In this document: positions 56,970 through 64,000 of the stretch, in pieces
How positions within the stretch are numbered: the stretch's first letter is position 1
Layout: each line of letters starts with the position of its first letter
From: Deferribacterales bacterium
GTDB lineage: Bacteria > Chrysiogenota > Deferribacteres > Deferribacterales > Geovibrionaceae
Assembly: GCA_050253075.1 (NCBI GenBank)
Contig: JBFWJS010000001.1
Coordinates: 660,675-724,674 of the forward strand
Length of the DNA stretch: 64,000 nucleotides
Direction: 5' to 3'
Translations under genes and position numbers: made by a program
The notes under the pieces: generated by a model
Databases searched by the model: none
Seen by the model: the letters and a program-made list of their open reading frames with translations, nothing else
Told to the model about the DNA's origin: nothing

Positions 56970-58580
56970 ATGCGTCTTTCATATAATTATACAAAAATAC
57001 TGACAGTATTGCTGACGGTATTTTGTCTGACATCGGCATATGCGTATGATTATCCGGTAGTCGGCGAGTTTAATTCTAATTACGAAAAGGTCTTTTCAAA
57101 TATTAAAGAGGGGAGCTGCGGCTCAATGGATGCTTCACTGAAGCAGCTTGAGGAAGCAGAAGGTATTTCAGGTAACATATATAAGGCTATATGCTACTTT
57201 GAAAACAACGACAGTGCAGCAGCCATGAAGACACTCGACGATATGATCCTGCTTCAGGAATTCGACGAGGTTCTTTATGTTGTACAGACACAGATGGACA
57301 AGGGGAACAGCGCATCAGGGCTTAAGAAATACAGAGGTCTCGCATATTATAATGTGGGCGCTCTCGACCCTGCACTCACAGACCTCGAGTCTTACGTTTC
57401 AGAGACACAGGACGAAGACGTGACATATGTCATCACAGATATATACATAACAAAGCGCGACTTTGCCTCTGCCTCTGCATCGATCGAAAAATCACCCGTA
57501 AAAGAAGCCAGATATAACTATAGAAAGGGACGTATCGCTCTCCGCAGCGGAAATGTGAATACTGCCCTTGAGTATCTCCGCACCATAAAGCCGGAGAATA
57601 CAAGAGTGTATCCTAGTGCGAAAATGCTCATCGGCGAGATATGCGCAGGTTCAAAACGTTTCAACTGTGCTGAAAAAGAATATGCCGAAGCAGCGAAATC
57701 AGAAGACTATTCCGACATGGCAAAGGAGAAAGCTGCTAAGCTCGAAGAGAGAAAGAAGCTGTTTTCAGGTTTCATGAGCGTCGGTCTTCAGTATGACTCA
57801 AACGTAACATCAGTGGACGAGAACGAAGTACCGGGCGCATCCGAGGTTTCCAGCGCACGTATATACGGTCTGGCAGACCTCAGGGTTAACTTCTACCCTT
57901 CATTCGCTGAGAGCATCTCAATCGGTACAACACACTACGGCACTTCAAACGAAAACTATCATGACTATGACATGAGCACCCATAAAGTATATGTAATGAT
58001 GAAAAAGTCCTATGACGATTTCGAATTCACACTGCCTAAGATATCCGTGGGCGTCACATACTTCGGCGGGGAGAAATACTCCACATCCGTAACGGGCGAG
58101 ATGTCCGGTACATATAAGATGGACACATGGTCATTCACCGTCCCTCTGAAAGTGGCAAGGTATAACTTTACCGATGAAGACAGCCAGGAGTACAGCAAAG
58201 ACGGATATAAGTACGAGGGCGGGCTCACTGTCAGCAAGAGATTCCTCGATATATACACAGCAAAGGTTAAAGCCGTGATCGCACATGACGATGTGGACGG
58301 CGAATATAAAGTTAAAAACGACAAAACGATCGGAGCATCCATCAGTGCGAGATACTTTGAAAAACTCATCCCTACATTCGCAGTGGACTATTCCAAATAT
58401 GACTACAGCAACATCGACAGGGACGACGACTTCGTCAGTGTCAGTCTGAAAGCAGTGTATGTCTTCACACCGAACATCTTCTTCGGCGGCGGCGTGACAT
58501 ATACATCCACAGACTCCAGTGAAGATGCATACGACTATAATAAGACAGTTACCGATCTATCTGTCAGCTACACATTCTAA
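56970..58580 (+). CDS. TPR + C-terminal outer-membrane beta-barrel protein
   Basis: Signal peptide, TPR-like helices, VGLQYDSNV and terminal SVSYTF. Confidence 0.75.
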   Translation: MRLSYNYTKILTVLLTVFCLTSAYAYDYPVVGEFNSNYEKVFSNIKEGSCGSMDASLKQLEEAEGISGNIYKAICYFENNDSAAAMKTLDDMILLQEFDEVLYVVQTQMDKGNSASGLKKYRGLAYYNVGALDPALTDLESYVSETQDEDVTYVITDIYITKRDFASASASIEKSPVKEARYNYRKGRIALRSGNVNTALEYLRTIKPENTRVYPSAKMLIGEICAGSKRFNCAEKEYAEAAKSEDYSDMAKEKAAKLEERKKLFSGFMSVGLQYDSNVTSVDENEVPGASEVSSARIYGLADLRVNFYPSFAESISIGTTHYGTSNENYHDYDMSTHKVYVMMKKSYDDFEFTLPKISVGVTYFGGEKYSTSVTGEMSGTYKMDTWSFTVPLKVARYNFTDEDSQEYSKDGYKYEGGLTVSKRFLDIYTAKVKAVIAHDDVDGEYKVKNDKTIGASISARYFEKLIPTFAVDYSKYDYSNIDRDDDFVSVSLKAVYVFTPNIFFGGGVTYTSTDSSEDAYDYNKTVTDLSVSYTF

Positions 58581-58590
58581 GGAGAAGGGC

Positions 58591-59622
58591 ATGTTTAAGA
58601 AATTAATTATATTAGCATCTGTAGCGGCCTTTGCTTTCAATGGCTATGCAGCCGAAAAGGCGGCTGAGGTCACAGAGGCAAAAGGTAAGGTAGAGATCGT
58701 TCACGGCGATGCCGTTATGGGTAAAAAAGCCGAGAAGGGCTCTGAGCTCGTTTTCGAAGATATCCTCAGGACAAAGCGCAGGGGATATGCCGAAGTCGGC
58801 TTCATCGACGGTACAAACGTTAAGGTATTTGAAAAATCAAGACTCACCATCAATGGCATAGAGAGAACGACAGACGGATACAACGCAGAGATCCAGAAGG
58901 GCAAGGTGCTCTTCAGCGTTGAGAAGATGCACGATGTCGCAGGTGATTTCAGAGTGAAGACCACAAACTCCGTTATCGGTGTTAAGGGTACTACATTCGC
59001 TATCGTCACAGGCGGTCTCGTTACCGTCGTAGAGGTGTACAACGGTAAGGTCGAGTTCCTCGGGCTCGTCAGTGCTGCCGATGTCGCATCAGGTAAAGTA
59101 GACCCCACAAAGATGCAGGGTGCAGGTAAAGGCGGCGACGCAGGTGCGAACTCTCAGCAGCTCCTTGCTACTCTGACATCAGGTCAGGGTGCTGTTCTCT
59201 CCGGTGAAGGCGTACAAGTTTATGAACTGGGTGAAGACGGCGGCGGTTCGCTCATCTTCGGCGAAGTTTCCACAGGAGACAGAGAGCCGGCACAGGGTGA
59301 AGGCGAAGGTACAAACGGCGGAAGCACAGACGAAGAACTCTTCGGCACTATCGGTACAGGTGAAGAGGGCGGCGAAGGCGAAGGCGTGGATATGAACGAA
59401 GAACTCTCAAGCGCAGAGTTTGACCTCGGAAATATCGAAGCAGCACAGGAGCTTGCTCAGTCACTCGGCTATAACGGAACAGAAGAGGAGTTCAACGATA
59501 TGGTTCAGGAAGCTGTGGGCGATGCCCTCGACTTCTACACTGACCCGAATGCCACTCCTGATCTGGAAGAGCAGATCGACCAGGCGAGAGGCTCTGTAAA
59601 CATTATAATAGACTTTAACTAA
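58591..59622 (+). CDS. Exported FecR-domain protein with an acidic Gly-rich tail
   Basis: F.DGT.V, FRVKTTNSVIGVKGTTF and VYNGKV. Confidence 0.8.
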   Translation: MFKKLIILASVAAFAFNGYAAEKAAEVTEAKGKVEIVHGDAVMGKKAEKGSELVFEDILRTKRRGYAEVGFIDGTNVKVFEKSRLTINGIERTTDGYNAEIQKGKVLFSVEKMHDVAGDFRVKTTNSVIGVKGTTFAIVTGGLVTVVEVYNGKVEFLGLVSAADVASGKVDPTKMQGAGKGGDAGANSQQLLATLTSGQGAVLSGEGVQVYELGEDGGGSLIFGEVSTGDREPAQGEGEGTNGGSTDEELFGTIGTGEEGGEGEGVDMNEELSSAEFDLGNIEAAQELAQSLGYNGTEEEFNDMVQEAVGDALDFYTDPNATPDLEEQIDQARGSVNIIIDFN

Positions 59623-59630
59623 GAACAGTA

Positions 59631-59660
59631 AGGTCGGGGCAAAAGCTCCGGCCTTTTTTT
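59631..59660. terminator. Terminator between convergent genes
   Basis: AGGTCGGGGC-AAAA-GCTCCGGCCT followed by a T tract. Confidence 0.75.
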
Positions 59661-61410
59661 ATTTGAATGAAACGGTATCTTTCGAAAGGCTTATCTTCTT
59701 GTCCTTTAACAGCAGGTCGGCGAACCTTGCTCCGCTGAATAAAGGCTTTTCTGTCACGGCACAGTATTCTGTTATAAATGAGAACATGCTGCCTACCTCT
59801 GTTATCACGGCATTCTTATCTGCCGCTTCATGGATGTTCAGCAGGTTCCAGCTTTTTCTGACCGCAGGTTCTGCATCGGCTTTGTTATTATAGAAGTACG
59901 ACAGGCATGTGATGCTTCCGGCCTTTTCTGAGTTTTTTATCTGCTGGTTTGCGATGGTGGATGCTTCCTGCACGTCTCTCTCATATATATTGTACGGCAT
60001 GCACATTGCGCTGAATCTTGCCCCCTGCCATTTTCTGAAATTGACCGTGAAGGGGATGTTGCCGTAGAAACTGTCGTTTATAATATTGTTTATCTCTTTC
60101 AGCTCAAAGTTGAAAATGTCGCTCGCATCGGTCACCATGCTGTCTTCGACCATCTTCTTCCCGTAGTCGCCGAGGAAGCCTCTCAGCTTCGCCGTCAGCT
60201 TCATAAATGACAGATATGTGTCGTCACGCATTTTAAGGTATGTATGACATTCCTCAAGTTTGTCGGTGTATTTGGCTTTATTAGTGGTCAGTCTCTTTGC
60301 GCTGCCCAGTGTTTTATACATTTCATCTATAGACAGATGCGCCAGACCTAGCCCTTTAAAGTCGCCGTGTGCAGATGCAGGGTCTATGTCTGCAGAGACG
60401 TCTGCGATGTCGAGATTGAGCAGGGTGTCGCCCCGTGTCTTATATATATGTGTGAGAGTATCATCGATGCTTTTGCCCAGAAACTTATGAAAAGATGCAA
60501 ACGCTTTCCACAGGCGGATGTATACCATCTCCCATGTCATGGTGAGCAGGGCTGTCATCTCGAGGAAGTTTTCACCGAAAATATCTTCAGGCTTCAGCTC
60601 TTCGATAGCTTTTGCCACGTCCTGTGCCGCCTCTTCTATCTCTGTATCGGATATTTTAAGGTCGGAGTCGTCGGGAATGCCGAAGACAGGCTTTTTAACA
60701 GACCTGAACAATGTCGGTGCGAAGTTCATCATGAACAGGTCGGACGTCTGCTTAAATGCAGGGAGTATCGTCTCAACATTTGCCATGTTCATGTACAGCC
60801 TGCCGAAGAGCAGTTTGATCGACGGAGACTGAGTCTTTATGCTGCAGCTGATGAAAAGAGGATTGAGAACATCGGGTATACCCGCAAGGAGCGACATAGC
60901 AACCGGACTGAGCACCTCAGGGGCTATCTCTGCGAATGGTGTGCGGATAAACAGGTGTCTGTCTGCAATCCCCTCGCCTTTACCCAAAGAGCGCTCCACG
61001 GCTGTCAGCGGGGCTGTTATCTGAGGATCTCTTTTCAGGCTGAATTCACCCTCGAACTTTTCGGCCTCAGACACATAGAACTTCTCTTCGTGTTCGTACA
61101 GCTTGAGTATGACTTGCTGTCTCAGGTTTCTTTCCGTGTCGGCGAGTATCTGGGCAAGAACGTTTATCACTTTCTGCTCAAAGGGGCACTTGCCGCTTAT
61201 TATGCGGGTGCTGTCTTTGTATACTCCCTTGATGAGGAATATCTCCCAGTCTGTTCCGCACACATGGAAGAATCCGCTGTTCCCTCTGTAGTGGGGGATA
61301 GCGGTTATGTCTGCGGGCTTTTCCGTGCCGGTCTTTATGCCTGATTCAATCAGCTGTTCTATCAGTGTTCTCATATGCGGATTATGTATAAAATTCTCTG
61401 TGTCTGTCAA
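59659..61410 (-). CDS. Hypothetical protein resembling a degenerate PEP-utilising dikinase
   Basis: AEIAPEVLSP, FGRLYMNM, DIFNFELKEI and AVITEVGSMFSF. Confidence 0.6.
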   Translation of the reverse strand: MTDTENFIHNPHMRTLIEQLIESGIKTGTEKPADITAIPHYRGNSGFFHVCGTDWEIFLIKGVYKDSTRIISGKCPFEQKVINVLAQILADTERNLRQQVILKLYEHEEKFYVSEAEKFEGEFSLKRDPQITAPLTAVERSLGKGEGIADRHLFIRTPFAEIAPEVLSPVAMSLLAGIPDVLNPLFISCSIKTQSPSIKLLFGRLYMNMANVETILPAFKQTSDLFMMNFAPTLFRSVKKPVFGIPDDSDLKISDTEIEEAAQDVAKAIEELKPEDIFGENFLEMTALLTMTWEMVYIRLWKAFASFHKFLGKSIDDTLTHIYKTRGDTLLNLDIADVSADIDPASAHGDFKGLGLAHLSIDEMYKTLGSAKRLTTNKAKYTDKLEECHTYLKMRDDTYLSFMKLTAKLRGFLGDYGKKMVEDSMVTDASDIFNFELKEINNIINDSFYGNIPFTVNFRKWQGARFSAMCMPYNIYERDVQEASTIANQQIKNSEKAGSITCLSYFYNNKADAEPAVRKSWNLLNIHEAADKNAVITEVGSMFSFITEYCAVTEKPLFSGARFADLLLKDKKISLSKDTVSFK

Positions 61411-61480
61411 TGGATTAAATTATGAAATACTAGTTGAAAGTAACCCTGTGTACGGCTAAAATATCATGGTGGGGGCTATT

Positions 61481-62017
61481 ATGAATGTGGTGCTTATAAA
61501 CGCTGCCCCGGGCAGTGATGTTAATTCAACATATATCGCAGACAGACTTCAGGCGAAGTATGAGGACTGTAAAAGGTTCGACCTCTGCGATCTTGTCTTT
61601 GATGCTTCTTATCCCATCAAAAAGTGTAAAGAGGGCTTTCAGCCTGATGCCGTAGAGGAAGGTCTGAGGGATGCTATGTCTGCCGTATATGACGCAGACC
61701 TTATAATATTCCTTTCGCCGAACTACTTCAGTTTTGTCACAGGCACGGCGAAGCTCTTTATGGATAAGTTTTTCGTCTTTCTTAATCAAAGCGGAGTACC
61801 TATGTTTGAAAGAGAGAAGAAGTTCTTCTTTATTCTTGCTCAGGCATCGCTGAACAGGTCGCACGGTCAGACCGCTCAGGACTGGGTGAAGGGATTCTGT
61901 GCCGTCTTCCGCATGAAATATTTCGGCATTACAGTGCCCAACTGTAAAGGGAAAGAGCCCGAAGGCGCACGGATGAAGATGGACGAGATCAGTATGTCAT
62001 TAAATATGTTTGTATAA
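61481..62017 (+). CDS. Flavodoxin-like NAD(P)H-dependent oxidoreductase
   Basis: ADLIIFLSPNYF..VTG.AKLFMD. Confidence 0.75.
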   Translation: MNVVLINAAPGSDVNSTYIADRLQAKYEDCKRFDLCDLVFDASYPIKKCKEGFQPDAVEEGLRDAMSAVYDADLIIFLSPNYFSFVTGTAKLFMDKFFVFLNQSGVPMFEREKKFFFILAQASLNRSHGQTAQDWVKGFCAVFRMKYFGITVPNCKGKEPEGARMKMDEISMSLNMFV

Positions 62018-62031
62018 ATTTGGAGGTTCTA

Positions 62032-63000
62032 ATGGGAGTCAGCTATAAAGAACTCGGTCTGGTGAACACTAAGGATATGTTTGCCAAAGCGATGGAGGGC
62101 AAGTATGCCATCCCCGCATATAACTTTAATAATATGGAACAGCTTCAGGCTATCATCACTGCGTGTGTTGAGTCTAAGTCCCCTGTTATTCTTCAGGTGT
62201 CTAAGGGCGCACGTGAGTATGCCAATGCGACAATGCTCCGCCACATGGCTATGGGCGCTGTCGAATTTGCCAAGGAACTCGGATGTGAGATACCTATCGC
62301 TCTGCACCTCGACCACGGCGATTCTTTCGAAACATGTAAGAGCTGTGTTGACGCAGGCTTTTCAAGCGTTATGATAGACGGTTCCCACCACTCGTTCGAA
62401 GAGAATGTCGCACTTACCAAAAAGGTAGTGGACTATGCACACCAGTTCGGCGTGACTGTCGAAGGTGAGCTCGGCGTGCTCGCAGGGATAGAGGATGATG
62501 TTGTCGCAGAGAACTCTACATATACTAATCCCGATCAGGTAGTGGAATTCGTAGAGAGGACAGGTTGCGACTCCCTCGCCATATCTATAGGGACTTCCCA
62601 CGGCGCATTTAAATTTAAGCCCGGTCAGCCTGTGCCTCCGCTCCGCTTTGATATACTCGAAGAGTGCGAACGCAGGATACCTGGATTTCCTATTGTCCTT
62701 CATGGTGCTTCCAGCGTTGTGCAGGACTATGTGGATATGATCAACCAATACGGCGGAAAACTCGAGGGTGCTGTGGGTGTTCCTGAGGAACAGCTTAGAA
62801 AGGCAGCAGCAAGCGCCGTGTGTAAGATCAATATAGATTCAGACGGACGCCTTGTATTCACTGCAAAGATACGTGAATACCTCGCAAACAACCCTGACCA
62901 TTTCGACCCGCGCCAATACCTTAAGCCTGCCAGAGCAGAGCTCATCAAGATGTATAAGGCGAAGAACGAGAACGTACTTGGCTCAGCCAACAGGGTCTAG
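62032..63000 (+). CDS. fba: Class II fructose-1,6-bisphosphate aldolase
   Basis: LHLDHG, SVMIDGS, IGTSHGA, VLHGAS, KINIDSD and FDPR. Confidence 0.95.
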   Translation: MGVSYKELGLVNTKDMFAKAMEGKYAIPAYNFNNMEQLQAIITACVESKSPVILQVSKGAREYANATMLRHMAMGAVEFAKELGCEIPIALHLDHGDSFETCKSCVDAGFSSVMIDGSHHSFEENVALTKKVVDYAHQFGVTVEGELGVLAGIEDDVVAENSTYTNPDQVVEFVERTGCDSLAISIGTSHGAFKFKPGQPVPPLRFDILEECERRIPGFPIVLHGASSVVQDYVDMINQYGGKLEGAVGVPEEQLRKAAASAVCKINIDSDGRLVFTAKIREYLANNPDHFDPRQYLKPARAELIKMYKAKNENVLGSANRV

Positions 63001-63010
63001 CCTTATACAC

Positions 63011-63122
63011 AGGTGCAGGATGCACCTCACGGAGAGCTCTGAAAGAGCAAGCGGAGTGTGAGGTAGCTTGTACTTGTTCAAGCGGACGAATAGTAAAAAA
63101 CTTCAGGACGAATGTTTTTTAC
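63011..63122 (+). repeat. Four-hairpin GGA-loop structured element, copy B
   Basis: GGTGCA-GGA-TGCACC; GCTC-TGAAA-GAGC; GCTTG-TACTTGTT-CAAGC; GTAAAAAACTTC-AGGAC-GAA(T)GTTTTTTAC. Confidence 0.6.
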
Positions 63123-63136
63123 CTGCTTAAACGGTC

Positions 63137-63183
63137 ATAAGGCGAAGAACGAGAACATACTCGGCTCAGCCAACAGGGTCTGA
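63137..63183 (+). repeat. Duplicated 3' end of fba
   Basis: 63137-63181 is 43/45 identical to 62954-62998 and encodes KAKNENILGSANRV*. Confidence 0.92.
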
Positions 63184-63204
63184 AAGGATAAACTACAATA
63201 TTGA

Positions 63205-63244
63205 GTCATTGCGAGGAAGGATCCCACCTGACGAAGCAGTCTCT
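63205..63244. repeat. Palindromic repeat, half copy 3
   Basis: GTCATTGCGAGGAAGG...GACGAAGCAGTCTC. Confidence 0.7.
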
Positions 63245-63260
63245 GGTTAGTCTAAAATAT

Positions 63261-63286
63261 AAAGCCCCTCATTACGAGGGGCTTTT
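63261..63286 (+). terminator. Intrinsic terminator after the fba region
   Basis: AAAGCCCCTC-ATTAC-GAGGGGCTTTT. Confidence 0.8.
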
Positions 63287-63350
63287 CTGTTTTCTAAATC
63301 ACTTATAATACACGCCTAAAAGTTTTTGTTAAAAAAAGATGAAAAACCTG

Positions 63351-63885
63351 TTGACTCTACTCATGCGATTAGGTATAACTTCCATCCGCTCAGAAATGAA
63401 CGGAAGCTGTTTGAAAGGATAATATGTTGTACAGAAAGAAATTTTTAAATTCTGAATTAAGTTGTTGACACAACGCTTCAGCTTCTGTATAACCTCCTTC
63501 TGCTCAGAAATGAGCAGGGCTGTTTGAAAGGATAATATGTTGTGCAGAAAGAAATTTTTAAATGCTGAAATAAGTTGTTGACACAACGCCTCAGCTTCTG
63601 TATAACCACCTTCTGCTCAAAAATGAGCAGGCGTTGTTTGAAAGGATAATATGTTGTACGGTAAGAGATTTTAAAAAGTTGAAAAAACCTGTTGACACAG
63701 AGATTCAACTTCGGTATAACAACCCTCCCGCCTGTAACGGCGGGTTACTTTTGAAAAGGGTTTTATACGGCCTTGAAAAAGATTTTAAAAAGTTAAAAAA
63801 AACTTGTTGACACAAGAAAACAACTTCTGTATAACTATCCTCCGTTGCTCTGGTAACGGAAGCAACAAAAACTGATGTTTGACAT
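63351..63885 (+). promoter_or_regulatory. Five tandem rrn promoter units
   Basis: TTGAC(T/A)-17 bp-TATAAC with -35 boxes at 63351, 63465, 63578, 63692 and 63807. Confidence 0.9.
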
Positions 63886-63958
63886 ATGAATAAGGTCGAT
63901 ATGTGATAATGGAGACAGTGATGTTCTTAAACCCGCGAGGGTTTATATAAAGAGTTTG

Positions 63959-64000
63959 GATGGAGAGTTTGATCCTGGCTCAGAACGAACGCTGGCGGCG
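63959..64000 (+). rRNA. rrs: 16S rRNA, 5' end (partial; start approximate)
   Basis: AGAGTTTGATCCTGGCTCAGAACGAACGCTGGCGGCG. Confidence 0.97.

Noticed and set aside
63011..63122. Hammerhead ribozyme
   Set aside because: No CUGANGA plus GAAA core in the required stem arrangement
63351..63885. CRISPR array
   Set aside because: The units are whole ~114-bp promoter duplications without unique spacers, and no cas genes are present

Overview
Bacterial chromosomal window, probably from an anaerobe of the Deferribacterota (Denitrovibrio/Seleniivibrio/Geovibrio-like; this is my impression from the ribosomal proteins and gene content, not a search result). Core genes: speA-CASDH-nspC-speB polyamine operon, mntP, a UbiD-family decarboxylase, selD, c-di-GMP and partner-switching signalling genes, thiG-thiH-ogt-mtnA, rpsB-tsf, fba and the start of an rrn operon. 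A 25.6-kb integrative island sits in tRNA-Asn (13499-39140), with attL/attR, an integrase, an excisionase-like gene and candidate arm sites. Its cargo points to metal(loid) handling: chrA, a two-component system, an octaheme cytochrome c, an ECF/anti-sigma module, two ABC export modules and decayed ars genes. Signals missed by the ORF track: (i) three UGA-recoded selenoproteins with SECIS-like hairpins (ArsC-like UxxC, SelD, and an island-borne SelW/Rdx CxxU protein behind an ArsR gene with a perfect 30-bp operator); (ii) two copies of a ~110-nt four-hairpin element with GGA loops and covarying stems, one lying between duplicated 3' ends of fba; (iii) five tandem ~114-bp promoter+hairpin+boxA-like units before the 16S gene; (iv) a GTCATTGCGAG palindromic repeat family. 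All product calls come from motif recognition by eye; no database searches were run.
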